From the IMG/VR virus record IMGVR_UViG_3300042691_025170, positions 1 to 64,000 of that record: a stretch of 64,000 bases of DNA; one strand, 5' to 3'. The DNA comes from a virus. Below the pieces are notes generated by a model. The model was not told where the DNA came from. It searched no databases and saw only the letters and a list, made by a program, of their open reading frames with translations. Below are positions 48,245 through 58,650 of the stretch, in pieces; the stretch's first letter is position 1; the number at the start of each line of letters is the position of its first letter. The translations under genes were made by a program, and so were the position numbers.

Positions 48245-49515
48245 ACAAACCAACACTAATATATCAGGCACCTATAGCAACACGTAGTGGTTACGGAGAC
48301 CACGCAAGAGATGTATTGTACTCTTTGAGAGCTCTTGATAAATTTGATATCAAAATAATTAGCACTAGATGGGGAAATACTCCAATGGATGCATTGAGAT
48401 ATGAAAACGAATTTCATCGTTGGATATTTGAAAATGTCATCGGAGGATTTTCTGAGAAACCAGATGTTTTTGTACAAGTTTCCGTACCAAATGAGTTTCA
48501 ACCACGTGGAGTATTTAACATAGGAATAACAGCTGGTATAGAAACAACACAATGTGCAGCAGATTGGGTCATAGGTTCTAATAATATGGACTTAGTTATA
48601 GTTCCATCCGAGCACTCTAAGAAAAGTATAGCAGATATAGTTTATAATCAAGCTGACAAGAATACAGGGCAAGTGTTAGCTCAGCATAAATTTAATAAAC
48701 AAATTGAGGTTGTATTCGAAGGTTATGATGAAAAAGTTTTTAGAAATGATAATATAGTAAGCATACCTGATTTAGATTCAATAGAAGAAGATTTTGCCTA
48801 TTTGTTCGTTGGTCATTGGTTAAAAGGAGATATTGGAGAAGATAGAAAGAATGTAGGAATGATGATTAAGACATTTGCTATGGCTTTTAAAAACGAAGTA
48901 AAAAAGCCAGCTCTTGTATTAAAAACATCATCAGCTACATTCTCGATTAGGGATAGAGAACATATTTTTCGCAAAATAAAAGAATCGTTAGGTAATGACT
49001 TTGGAAAAGTTCCAGTATATTTATTACATGGAGATTTGTCAGATATTGAAATGAATAGTTTGTATCATCACCCAAAAATAAAAGCTATGTTAAATTTTAC
49101 AAAGGGTGAAGGATTTGGAAGGCCATTGTTAGAGTTTAGTTTAACGGGAAAACCAATAATAGTTAGTGGATGGAGTGGTCATGTTGATTTTTTAAAAGAT
49201 GGTGCAATTTTATTAGAAGGTGAATTAAAAAATGTACATGATTCTGCAGCAGACCAGTTCTTGTTAAAAGAAGCAAGGTGGTTTAATGTTAATATTTCTA
49301 AATCTCTACCCATTATTAAAGATGTTTTCGTTAACTATGAAAAGTATCTAACAAATAGTAAAAAACTAGCTGACACAAACAAAGAAAAATATAGTATTTC
49401 AAAAATGACTGATGTACTAAATTCAATTTTTACAAAGTTAGGTGTGTATAACAAGTCACAACCTAAGTTTCAGCAGTTACAATTACCAAAACTTAAGATG
49501 TTAAATAACGACTAA
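48241..49515 (+). CDS. GT4-like glycosyltransferase
   Basis: SGYGDHAR, DRKNVG, KGEGFGRPLLEF..TGKPII. Confidence 0.9.
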   Translation: MNKPTLIYQAPIATRSGYGDHARDVLYSLRALDKFDIKIISTRWGNTPMDALRYENEFHRWIFENVIGGFSEKPDVFVQVSVPNEFQPRGVFNIGITAGIETTQCAADWVIGSNNMDLVIVPSEHSKKSIADIVYNQADKNTGQVLAQHKFNKQIEVVFEGYDEKVFRNDNIVSIPDLDSIEEDFAYLFVGHWLKGDIGEDRKNVGMMIKTFAMAFKNEVKKPALVLKTSSATFSIRDREHIFRKIKESLGNDFGKVPVYLLHGDLSDIEMNSLYHHPKIKAMLNFTKGEGFGRPLLEFSLTGKPIIVSGWSGHVDFLKDGAILLEGELKNVHDSAADQFLLKEARWFNVNISKSLPIIKDVFVNYEKYLTNSKKLADTNKEKYSISKMTDVLNSIFTKLGVYNKSQPKFQQLQLPKLKMLNND

Positions 49516-49529
49516 AGTATAATTGTAAA

Positions 49530-50045
49530 ATGGCAGAGAAAGAAGAAGAATATTTTGATTCTAACGCTAGGAAAAATAATGTAAGATATAACAAGTTTGT
49601 TGTTTCAAAAGAACTTGTAAAATCTCCATCTACAAATATGGTTCGTGCTAAATTCTATAGAATACGTAAATACCAAGATGTAGATGGAACAGAACACACA
49701 TATAGTGATATACTAGCTCCAATAATATTTACATTGTATGTTTCAAAGAAAAAAGATATTGTACACGCTGTAAAAGTTTCTGAGATTAAGCCTGAGATGA
49801 TTAAAAAGTTTTTCTCCAAATTTGTAAATTCAAAAACAGATTTGATAGAGGTAAAGGGTGATTCTAGAACAGTTTATAGTAAAAAAGTAGTACATACACC
49901 AGTTATTATGAAAAATGGTTACAGAACTTATAAATTAAGTGGTATAAAACAAATATTTGAATTGGATATGGATGAAACACAGCTAACGCCAATTAATAAG
50001 CAGGCGGTAGGTGTTAATGAAAAATCAAATGTTAAAAATAAATAA
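49530..50045 (+). CDS. Hypothetical basic protein
   Basis: 171-aa ORF containing YRTYKLSGI. Confidence 0.55.
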   Translation: MAEKEEEYFDSNARKNNVRYNKFVVSKELVKSPSTNMVRAKFYRIRKYQDVDGTEHTYSDILAPIIFTLYVSKKKDIVHAVKVSEIKPEMIKKFFSKFVNSKTDLIEVKGDSRTVYSKKVVHTPVIMKNGYRTYKLSGIKQIFELDMDETQLTPINKQAVGVNEKSNVKNK

Positions 50046-50047
50046 AA

Positions 50048-50287
50048 ATGACAGCAGAAGAATTTGTTATTTGGTTTAAAGGATTTGCACAAGCAGCAAA
50101 TGCTTATAATATAACCCCAAAACAATGGGAGGATGTTAAAGATAAGTTAGAAACTGTTGAAGATACTAAAGAGTACGACTTTGAAGATGAGGAAATTTAT
50201 TATGATTATGCAACAGTGACTACACCTGACTGGTATGTTGACTTGACATCAGGTTCATTTGATATAAAATATTATAATCATACTTGA
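50048..50287 (+). CDS. Hypothetical protein
   Basis: MTAEEFVIWFKGF N-terminus; small ORF within the operon. Confidence 0.55.
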   Translation: MTAEEFVIWFKGFAQAANAYNITPKQWEDVKDKLETVEDTKEYDFEDEEIYYDYATVTTPDWYVDLTSGSFDIKYYNHT

Positions 50288-50288
50288 T

Positions 50289-50915
50289 ATGGCGAAAATA
50301 AGTTACGCAATAACGGCATGTAATGAATTAGAGGAATTAAAAAAACTGATACCTTTTTTAATTAAACACAAAAGTATTCATGATGAGATAGTCATATTGT
50401 TTGATGAGAAAAATGGTACACGAGAAGTGTTAGACTATTTGTTAGAATTTAATTTATTACCAAACGTACAAACTTGGAGAAACTTTTTTGAAAACGATTT
50501 CGCGGCAGCAAAGAATCGTCTTAATATGTATTGTAAAAATGAGTGGATATATCAGATTGATGCAGACGAAATGATTGAGGTCGAGTTGATGCAAAATTTA
50601 AGTGATATACTTGATAGTAATCCAGATGTTGACCTTATTTTTGTTCCAAGAATTAATATAGTAAACGGAATAACAAATGAACATATTAAAAAATGGAAAT
50701 GGAGAGTAAACGAAAAAGGATGGATTAATTTTCCAGACTTACAGGGTAGAATATATAAAAACAAAAAAGGTATAGAGTGGATAGGAAAAGTTCATGAAAG
50801 AATTGCTGGAGCAACTAACTATACCGCTTTTCCAACGGAAGAAGTTTATTGTATAAAGCATATCAAGGATATTAAAAGACAAGAGAGACAGAACGCATAC
50901 TACAACACTTTATGA
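50289..50915 (+). CDS. GT2 glycosyltransferase
   Basis: ISYAITACNE, DFAAAKN, QIDADE, W.GKVHE. Confidence 0.88.
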   Translation: MAKISYAITACNELEELKKLIPFLIKHKSIHDEIVILFDEKNGTREVLDYLLEFNLLPNVQTWRNFFENDFAAAKNRLNMYCKNEWIYQIDADEMIEVELMQNLSDILDSNPDVDLIFVPRINIVNGITNEHIKKWKWRVNEKGWINFPDLQGRIYKNKKGIEWIGKVHERIAGATNYTAFPTEEVYCIKHIKDIKRQERQNAYYNTL

Positions 50916-51775
50916 GGATATTAGTTACAGGCGGATTGGGGTTTGTTGGTAAAAATTTAATAAAAAAATTAGTTAAAGATGGCCACGATGTAGTTTGTGT
51001 CGACGATTATTCCATAGGTAATGGAGAATCTAAAATAGATGGTTGTCAGTATTACATAGTAGATGTTAACTATATAGAAAACGCTTTTAAAAATTATGAA
51101 ATAGATAAAAAGTTTGACATATGTTTTCATCTGGCAGCATTGTCACGGATACAACCATCTTTTAAAAATCCAATTGAGACATTCAACGCAAATACAGCTG
51201 GATGTTTGGTGATAGCAGAATGGGCAAGGTCTGTTGGTGCAAAGGTAATATATTCAGGCTCTTCATCTCGATGGCATGACCCATTTAAATCACCATATGC
51301 TTGTTTCAAACACATGGGTGAAGAAATATTCAAACTCTACAAGAAAGTATATGCACTAAACGCAGAAATAGTTAGATTTTACAACGTGTATGGGCCAGGA
51401 GAAATTGTTGATGGAGATTGGGCAGCTGTAATAGGTTTGTGGAGAAGGCAAGTCCGTGAGGGACAACCTATCACAATAGTTGGCGATGGAGAACAGAGAA
51501 GAGACTTTACACATATAGACGATATAGTAGATGGTTTATGTAAAATAGCATTCAGCGATGAAAAGCATGAAGATGCATGGGAACTTGGTACAGGTAAAAA
51601 TTATTCTCTCAACGAAGTGTATGAGATGTTTAAAAATAGATTTGGAGTAGACAAAATAAACTTACCAGACCAACCTGGAAATTATAGAAAAACCATTCGT
51701 GAAAACGATGATAGTTTGATTAGATTACAATGGAATCCTATTGATAAATTAAAAACATATATAAATAATTTGTAA
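50912..51775 (+). CDS. NAD-dependent nucleotide-sugar epimerase/dehydratase
   Basis: VTGGLGFVG, FHLAA, PYACFK (YxxxK), RFYNVYGP, GDGEQRRDFTHIDD. Confidence 0.92.
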   Translation: MRILVTGGLGFVGKNLIKKLVKDGHDVVCVDDYSIGNGESKIDGCQYYIVDVNYIENAFKNYEIDKKFDICFHLAALSRIQPSFKNPIETFNANTAGCLVIAEWARSVGAKVIYSGSSSRWHDPFKSPYACFKHMGEEIFKLYKKVYALNAEIVRFYNVYGPGEIVDGDWAAVIGLWRRQVREGQPITIVGDGEQRRDFTHIDDIVDGLCKIAFSDEKHEDAWELGTGKNYSLNEVYEMFKNRFGVDKINLPDQPGNYRKTIRENDDSLIRLQWNPIDKLKTYINNL

Positions 51776-51783
51776 TACAAGAT

Positions 51784-52434
51784 ATGTATAAATTTTCTGT
51801 TATAATACCAACTATATGGAAGTGTGATTATTTACTGACAATGTTAGAAAGATATTACGAATGTAACAATATAGACCAAGTAATATTAATTAATAACAAT
51901 CGTGAAAAAACTCCAACATTTCCTAAAAGTAAAAAATTACTTTATGTAGAACCACATGAAAACATTTATGTAAATCCTGCTTGGAACTTGGGAGTAAGAG
52001 CAGCTAGTAATGATAATATCATAATTTCCAATGATGATTTAATGTACGATGTTAATGTTTATACTAATGTATTAAATGCCATAATAGAAAAATTTCAAGG
52101 CCTGCAAAATTTGGGAATTATAGGCATGCATGAACAGAACTATAGTATAGAGCAAACATCCAATACTATTGAATTAAAAGCACATATGGGAAAGCCAGCA
52201 TGGGCTTGCTTATTAACAACTCATAGAAGTGTTTGGCCAATTATACCAGAGCAATTAAAAATTTATTATGGAGATGATTTCTTGAAAAAAAAATTAAGTA
52301 ACAAAATTTTTGATTTAGTTGGTTTAAAAGTACAAACCATAATGAGCTCTAGTGCAGACACAAAAGTTGATTGGGTAAAGCGAATTACAGAGAAAGATGC
52401 TGAAGAATGGAGTAAAATATTAATAAATGGATAA
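51784..52434 (+). CDS. GT2 glycosyltransferase
   Basis: SVIIPT, NIYVNPAWNLG, ISNDD, YYGDDF. Confidence 0.85.
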   Translation: MYKFSVIIPTIWKCDYLLTMLERYYECNNIDQVILINNNREKTPTFPKSKKLLYVEPHENIYVNPAWNLGVRAASNDNIIISNDDLMYDVNVYTNVLNAIIEKFQGLQNLGIIGMHEQNYSIEQTSNTIELKAHMGKPAWACLLTTHRSVWPIIPEQLKIYYGDDFLKKKLSNKIFDLVGLKVQTIMSSSADTKVDWVKRITEKDAEEWSKILING

Positions 52435-52441
52435 TTAAAGT

Positions 52442-53050
52442 ATGTTAAGGACTGACATAATAAATCAACTGATTAAAAAATTTGATTACAAATCCTATTT
52501 GGAAATAGGAACACAAAATCCTCATTCAAATTACAATAGAATAAATGTTGCAAAAAAAACTTGTGTAGAACCATTCCCAATAGCAGGTACAGAAGACAAA
52601 ATAACATTTATAGGTACATCTGATGAATTCTTTAAATCTATATCAGATGACATATATTTTGACATAATATTCATAGATGGATTACATCACTACGATCAGG
52701 TTCTTATTGATATAGAGAATTCTTTACAACACCTTAGTGAAAATGGAACAATAGTATGCCACGACTGCTTACCTACTACTGAACATATGCAATATAGAGA
52801 AAATTTAGGAGGAGAATGGACGGGAGATGTTTGGAAGGCAATTGCAAATCTTCGTGTAGAAAGAATAGACTTGGATATAAAAGTTGTAAATACAGATTAT
52901 GGGTGTGGTATAATACGCAGAGGTACAAATATACCATATTATGATTCTGATGCAAATTATTATACCTATACATACTATTCAACAAATTCAAAACGATTAT
53001 TAAATGTGATATCAATAGAAGATTTTTTGTTATGGAAAAACTCCCTATAA
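52442..53050 (+). CDS. Class I SAM-dependent methyltransferase (Methyltransf_24-like)
   Basis: YLEIG, DIIFIDGLH, VCHDC.P, W.GDVWK. Confidence 0.88.
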   Translation: MLRTDIINQLIKKFDYKSYLEIGTQNPHSNYNRINVAKKTCVEPFPIAGTEDKITFIGTSDEFFKSISDDIYFDIIFIDGLHHYDQVLIDIENSLQHLSENGTIVCHDCLPTTEHMQYRENLGGEWTGDVWKAIANLRVERIDLDIKVVNTDYGCGIIRRGTNIPYYDSDANYYTYTYYSTNSKRLLNVISIEDFLLWKNSL

Positions 53051-53772
53051 GTGTTGGAATATTGTCTTGGAATAGTGGACAAACATTGGTAGATACATTA
53101 ACTACCTATTACGAAAATGGTTTAGTAAATATTACAGATGATATAACCATTTTGTTTCAAGAATATAATAAAACCGATATTGAAATAGCTAATCATTTTG
53201 GGTTTAACTGTATATGTCTTACTAAAAATGTGGGTATAGGTTCCGCGTTTCTAAAGCTAGCTGAAAATGCTAAATACGATTTTTTTATAACATTAGAACA
53301 CGATTGGCATTTGATTGAAAACCAAACAGTAACTTACGATAGACTTAGAAGTGGTTTAGAATTATTAAAGAATGATTATGATGTTGTAAGATACAGACAC
53401 AGAAATAATCCAGGTTATCCTCATTTTTCTTTTAAGCATATTGGAAATGAATTGAATTATTACGATGAATGGCATGAATGTACTGCACCACATCTACTTG
53501 ATTCAATTCACTGGTTAGACCCATCGGAAAAGTTTTCTGACAAAATACAAAAACATGATGATTATTTTGTAACTACATCTAGATGGGGTAATTGGACAAA
53601 CAATCCTTGCTTATATAAAACTAATTTTTACAAAGAAATAATTAGACCATTTATCGGAGAAGGTATTGATTTAGAAAGAAAAATAGCATATTGGTGGCCC
53701 CGGCAAAATTTTAAAATTGCACATGGTGAAGGTTTATTTAAACACATTGATTTACTAAAATACGGAAAATGA
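53032..53772 (+). CDS. Putative GT-A/GT2-like glycosyltransferase
   Basis: SVGILSW, NVGIG, TLEHDW, WTNNP. Confidence 0.6.
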   Translation: MEKLPISVGILSWNSGQTLVDTLTTYYENGLVNITDDITILFQEYNKTDIEIANHFGFNCICLTKNVGIGSAFLKLAENAKYDFFITLEHDWHLIENQTVTYDRLRSGLELLKNDYDVVRYRHRNNPGYPHFSFKHIGNELNYYDEWHECTAPHLLDSIHWLDPSEKFSDKIQKHDDYFVTTSRWGNWTNNPCLYKTNFYKEIIRPFIGEGIDLERKIAYWWPRQNFKIAHGEGLFKHIDLLKYGK

Positions 53773-55136
53773 CAAAATTAATTATCTTTGATTTAGATGG
53801 CGTATTGGTCGAAGCCAAAGAAATACATTACAAAACTTTTAATCAAGCTTTGATAGAGATTGATGAAAAATATATCATTACGGAATCTGAACATCTTTCA
53901 ATATATGATGGATTAAAAACAACTCAAAAGCTAGAGTTACTTACAAAGAATAAAGGATTGCCTACGCAATTTTATGACAGCATATGGTTTAGAAAACAAC
54001 ATCTAACAATAGAAGCTATATCTCAACTAAAAACGGATGAAAGATTAGTACAATTGTTCAGAGAACTCCGTAACAAAGGATATCAGTTGGCATGTGCTTC
54101 AAACTCAATTAGAAGGTCTGTGTTGGTTATGTTAGCAAAGATAGGTATTATTGAGTACATGGATTTAATCATCTCTAATGAGGATGTAAAGAACTCCAAA
54201 CCACATCCTGAAATGTATTGGAAAGCAATGAGTATGATGGGTGTTTTACCTGAAGAAACTCTTATAGTCGAAGATTCACCTCCTGGGTTGTTAGCAGCTA
54301 GTAGGAGTAGAGCAAATGTATTGAGAGTTGATTCACCAACCGATTTGACAATTCAAAAAATTTTTACTAAATTAAACCAAACAAAAAATAGTATGTCTAC
54401 TCCAAAATGGCAAGGTGGTAAATTAAATGTCCTTATTCCGATGGCGGGAGCAGGATCTAGATTTCAACAAGCTGGCTATACATTCCCAAAACCTCTTATA
54501 GATGTTAATGGGAAACCCATGATACAAGTAGTAGTTGACAATCTTAACATAGATGCTCAGTATATTTTTGTAGTACAAAAAGAGCACAGAGTTAAATACA
54601 ACTTGGACACATTACTTACTTTGATTGTACCGGGTTGTAAAATAGTTGAGGTGGATGGTGTAACAGAAGGAGCTGCTTGCACAACTTTGTTAGCTAAAGA
54701 GTACATCAATAGTGATGTCCCACTTGTGATGGCAAACTCTGACCAATTTATAGAATGGGACTCTAATGAGTTCATGTATAAAATGATTGAACAAAAAGTT
54801 GACGGAGGTATTCTTACATTCAAAGCAACACATCCAAAATGGTCATTCGCAAAAGTAAATGAATATGGATATGTAACTGAGGTGGCTGAAAAGAATCCAA
54901 TATCAGACATAGCAACGGTAGGTGTTTATTATTGGGCAAAGGGAAGTGACTATGTAAAGTACGCAGAACAGATGATAGATAAAAATATCAGAACCAATAA
55001 CGAGTTTTATGTTTGCCCTGTTTTTAACGAAGCAATTGGTGATGGTAAAAAAATCAAAACATTCAACATAGAGAAGATGTGGGGTATAGGAACTCCAGAG
55101 GACCTGAAATTCTTCTTAGAAAATTATAAGTTATGA
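53769..55136 (+). CDS. HAD phosphatase + sugar nucleotidyltransferase fusion
   Basis: HAD motifs FDLDGVL, KPHPEMY and VEDS; NTase motifs IPMAGAGSRF..GY.FPKPLI, NSDQ, VAEK and GTPEDL. Confidence 0.88.
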   Translation: MTKLIIFDLDGVLVEAKEIHYKTFNQALIEIDEKYIITESEHLSIYDGLKTTQKLELLTKNKGLPTQFYDSIWFRKQHLTIEAISQLKTDERLVQLFRELRNKGYQLACASNSIRRSVLVMLAKIGIIEYMDLIISNEDVKNSKPHPEMYWKAMSMMGVLPEETLIVEDSPPGLLAASRSRANVLRVDSPTDLTIQKIFTKLNQTKNSMSTPKWQGGKLNVLIPMAGAGSRFQQAGYTFPKPLIDVNGKPMIQVVVDNLNIDAQYIFVVQKEHRVKYNLDTLLTLIVPGCKIVEVDGVTEGAACTTLLAKEYINSDVPLVMANSDQFIEWDSNEFMYKMIEQKVDGGILTFKATHPKWSFAKVNEYGYVTEVAEKNPISDIATVGVYYWAKGSDYVKYAEQMIDKNIRTNNEFYVCPVFNEAIGDGKKIKTFNIEKMWGIGTPEDLKFFLENYKL

Positions 55137-55570
55137 TACTAATATCACATAGAGGAAACATAAACGGCAAATTGCCGGAACTGGAAAATAGTATTGATTA
55201 TATAAATAATGCAATCAAATTAGGTTACGATGTAGAAATAGATGTATGGATGATTGAAGGTGTATTGTTTCTTGGACACGATGAACCTCAATATGGAATA
55301 ACTCAACATTGGTTAAATGAAAGGTGTACCAAACTTTGGATACATTGTAAAAATATAGAAGCAGTTGAATGGTTTTCAGACATAGGTGTATTCAATTGGT
55401 TTTGGCATGAAACAGATACTATAACTTTAACATCAAACGGATATGTTTGGGCATATCCAGGAAAACAACCTATAAAAAATAGTATAGCAGTTATGCCTGA
55501 GTTACATAATGATGATGTATCAATGTGTAGTGGGGTTTGTTCAGACTATATTGAAAATTATAAAATATGA
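55133..55570 (+). CDS. Short GDPD/PI-PLC-like phosphodiesterase
   Basis: ISHRGN, EN, VEIDVW, LGHD, WIHCKN, GVCSD. Confidence 0.7.
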   Translation: MILISHRGNINGKLPELENSIDYINNAIKLGYDVEIDVWMIEGVLFLGHDEPQYGITQHWLNERCTKLWIHCKNIEAVEWFSDIGVFNWFWHETDTITLTSNGYVWAYPGKQPIKNSIAVMPELHNDDVSMCSGVCSDYIENYKI

Positions 55571-56229
55571 AAGTAGCTTTATTACTAACCGGATTGCCAA
55601 GAAAAGTGCAAGAGGGATATGAATATTATTGGAAGCATGTGATAAATTCATATGATACAGATGTATATCTACATTTTTGGAAAGACGAAGAATATGAAAA
55701 AGTATTGGATGTTTATAATCCAGTTAGCTTTATACAACAAAAACCATTTGTATTTACCAATCACAGATTAGGTGTGGAGTCACCGAATGATGATATGTCT
55801 AGACCCATTTCTAGTTATGATGTTGCTGGAAACTTTAGATGCTTACCAATGTTATATAGTTGGCAAATTGGTTACTCATTAATTCAAGGTGAATACGATT
55901 GTGTGATAAGAAGTAGATATGATTTGGGATCAAACTATCCAATTAACATTAATAGTCTAAATCTTGAAAATGTTAATATATCAAATCATCATTGGCCAGA
56001 CTCACCCATAACCGATGACAATCTGTGTATAACAAACAAAATCAACTCAGATAAAATATTCTCCGATATATTTAATGAGTTTGTTTACCACATAAAAAAA
56101 ACTGGTGTTATACATTTTGCTGAGAAAAATTTTATGGAAATTCTTCAAAGAAAAAATATGTATGAAAAAGTGAGAAAATGTAATGAATTACCATTTACTC
56201 TACTTAGAGAAAATAAACTTTGGTATTAA
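55567..56229 (+). CDS. Putative glycosyltransferase-like protein
   Basis: KVALLLTG.PR, DVYLHFW and YDCVIRSRYDL pattern typical of polysaccharide-locus proteins. Confidence 0.55.
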   Translation: MKVALLLTGLPRKVQEGYEYYWKHVINSYDTDVYLHFWKDEEYEKVLDVYNPVSFIQQKPFVFTNHRLGVESPNDDMSRPISSYDVAGNFRCLPMLYSWQIGYSLIQGEYDCVIRSRYDLGSNYPININSLNLENVNISNHHWPDSPITDDNLCITNKINSDKIFSDIFNEFVYHIKKTGVIHFAEKNFMEILQRKNMYEKVRKCNELPFTLLRENKLWY

Positions 56230-56239
56230 AATTAATAGT

Positions 56240-57430
56240 ATGAAAAAAATAAATTCACCCATTCAATTGTTTAAAGTTTTTATGAGTCCAACTGCGAAGG
56301 TTGAAGTTGGAAAAGTATTAGACAGTGGTTATATAGGTCAAGGCCCAAAAGTAGAGGAGTTGGAAAAAAATGTAGAGCAATATCTCAATGTAGATAAAGT
56401 TCTTTCATTAAATTCGGGAACATCCGCTTTACACTTAGCTCTTCACCTACTAAAAAAACCAAAAGTATTTGCAGCTTCAGACGGATATTCTTATGTAGAA
56501 AATAATTGGCCGGGTATGAAAGATGGAGATGAGGTACTAGCCACGGCAATGACTTGTACCGCTTCAAATTGGCCTATACTTGCAAATAATCTTCGTATTA
56601 AATGGGTTGACATTGACCCCAAAACTCTTAACATGGATTTGGATGATTTGGAAAGAAAAATTACTCCAAAAACAAAAGCAATAGTTGCCGTACATTGGGG
56701 AGGTTATCCAATTGATTTGGATAGGCTAAAACAGATACAAAACAAAGCATTTCAAATGTATGGATTTAAACCAGCTATTATTGAAGATGGTGCACATTCA
56801 TTTGGATCGGAGTATAAAGGTAAGAAATTGGGAAATCATGGTAACATGGTTATGTATAGCTTACAAGCAATTAAACACATAACAGCCATAGATGGTGGTT
56901 TACTTGTATTACCTTATCAAGAACTCTATAACAGAGGAAAACTAATGCGTTGGTATGGTATAGACCGAGATGGAAACAGAAAAGATTTTAGATGTGAGGC
57001 TAACATAGACGAGTGGGGTTTTAAATTTCACATGAATGATGTATGTGCAACTGTTGGTATAGAGAATTTAAAATACGCTGATGAAATAATCTCTAAACAC
57101 AGATCTAACGCAGCATTTTATGATAAAACATTATCTAATACAACCGGTGTTACTCTATTAGAAAGAAATGAAAATCATAATTCCGCTTTTTGGATTTATA
57201 GTATGCTTGTAGAAAATAGAGACGGTTTTTATAAATGGATGAAGGAATGTGGTATAGTAGTTTCACAAGTTCATGAAAGAAATGATAAGCATACAGCTGT
57301 ATCAGAGTATAAATGTGCTTTACCTACTTTAGAAAAAACAATCGGTAAAATAGTATCTATACCAGTTGGATGGTGGATTACCGATGAGGAGAGAGAATAT
57401 ATTTCCGAATGTATAAAGAAAGGGTGGTGA
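56240..57430 (+). CDS. DegT/DnrJ-family sugar aminotransferase (Lys-type)
   Basis: NSGTSALHLAL, VHWGG, EDGAHSFG, SLQAIKHITAIDGG. Confidence 0.92.
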   Translation: MKKINSPIQLFKVFMSPTAKVEVGKVLDSGYIGQGPKVEELEKNVEQYLNVDKVLSLNSGTSALHLALHLLKKPKVFAASDGYSYVENNWPGMKDGDEVLATAMTCTASNWPILANNLRIKWVDIDPKTLNMDLDDLERKITPKTKAIVAVHWGGYPIDLDRLKQIQNKAFQMYGFKPAIIEDGAHSFGSEYKGKKLGNHGNMVMYSLQAIKHITAIDGGLLVLPYQELYNRGKLMRWYGIDRDGNRKDFRCEANIDEWGFKFHMNDVCATVGIENLKYADEIISKHRSNAAFYDKTLSNTTGVTLLERNENHNSAFWIYSMLVENRDGFYKWMKECGIVVSQVHERNDKHTAVSEYKCALPTLEKTIGKIVSIPVGWWITDEEREYISECIKKGW

Positions 57431-57897
57431 TGTATTCTATATCTTTTAGAGAAATGGTGTTGGATGATTTACCAACATTCTTAGAAATAAGAAATTTATC
57501 AAATCAGTACCTGCATAATAATAGTACTTTTTCCATAGACGAAGCAACTAAGTGGTTTAAAGAAACTCAGCCAAAATTTTTTGTCATAGAGATTGAAAAT
57601 AAAATTGTTGGATATTTCAGAACATCTAATTGGGATACCAATAGTTTATATATTGGAGCAGACATACACCCCGATTTTAGAGATAAAGGTATAGGGTATC
57701 AATCATATCTTATGTTTATAGATTTTTTGAAGAAGAAATATTCTATAAATAAATTGAAATTAGAAGTACTATCTACTAATAAAAGAGCTAAGCATTTATA
57801 TGAAAAAATTGGCTTTAGTGTTATTGAAATAAAAAGAAATGACATATTTAGAGATGGTGAGTATATTGATAATTTTGTTATGGAGTTAAAAATTTAA
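57430..57897 (+). CDS. GNAT N-acyltransferase
   Basis: IHPDFRDKGIG, LEVLSTNKRAKHLYEKIGF. Confidence 0.88.
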   Translation: MYSISFREMVLDDLPTFLEIRNLSNQYLHNNSTFSIDEATKWFKETQPKFFVIEIENKIVGYFRTSNWDTNSLYIGADIHPDFRDKGIGYQSYLMFIDFLKKKYSINKLKLEVLSTNKRAKHLYEKIGFSVIEIKRNDIFRDGEYIDNFVMELKI

Positions 57898-57901
57898 GGT
57901 T

Positions 57902-58648
57902 ATGGTAATTGATTTGTTTTCCATATGTTATAATGAAGAGGTAATAATACCTTATTTTTTAAAGCACTACAAACAATTTGTTAATAACATAACTGTTTAT
58001 AACAATGAATCCACGGACTCATCAGTTCAACTACTTGAAAACGCAGGCGTTAACATAATTAATTTTTCAACTAATAATCAAACTAATGAAATGAAGTTAG
58101 TTGATATACGAAACAATTGTTGGAAAAATTCAAAAGCAGATTGGGTAATTGTATGTGACATAGATGAGTTTGTATATCATCCCAACATATTGAACATACT
58201 TGAAAATACAAAAGCTACGCAAATATATCCAGAAGGATACGAGATGATGTCAGAAAACTTACCAACAACAGAAGGTCAGATATATAATGAAATCAAAATG
58301 GGATATTCTACTGACAATTTTGATACTAATATATACCCAGGTTGGAAAAACACTTATTCAAAAGGATGTGTTTTTAAGCCAAGTGAAATTGAACCTAATT
58401 TTGGACCGGGTTCACACTGGTGTTTTCCTCAAGGTAATTTTATACCGGAAAAAAATAGTGGAATAAAATTATTGCACTACAAATACTTAAATAGGGAAAT
58501 GTTGATTAAAAAATATGACTTATATAGATCAAGACATGGTGATTTTGATAAACAAAATGGATTAGGTAATTATCAAGAATGGGGTGCTGAAGAAATAAAT
58601 AAACAATTTGATAGTTGGCTACCTATATGTAAAAATGTTATAGACTAA
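57902..58648 (+). CDS. GT2-like glycosyltransferase
   Basis: YNEE..IPYFLKHY, NESTD, ADWVIVCDIDEF, HYKYL. Confidence 0.8.
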   Translation: MVIDLFSICYNEEVIIPYFLKHYKQFVNNITVYNNESTDSSVQLLENAGVNIINFSTNNQTNEMKLVDIRNNCWKNSKADWVIVCDIDEFVYHPNILNILENTKATQIYPEGYEMMSENLPTTEGQIYNEIKMGYSTDNFDTNIYPGWKNTYSKGCVFKPSEIEPNFGPGSHWCFPQGNFIPEKNSGIKLLHYKYLNREMLIKKYDLYRSRHGDFDKQNGLGNYQEWGAEEINKQFDSWLPICKNVID

Positions 58649-58650
58649 AG

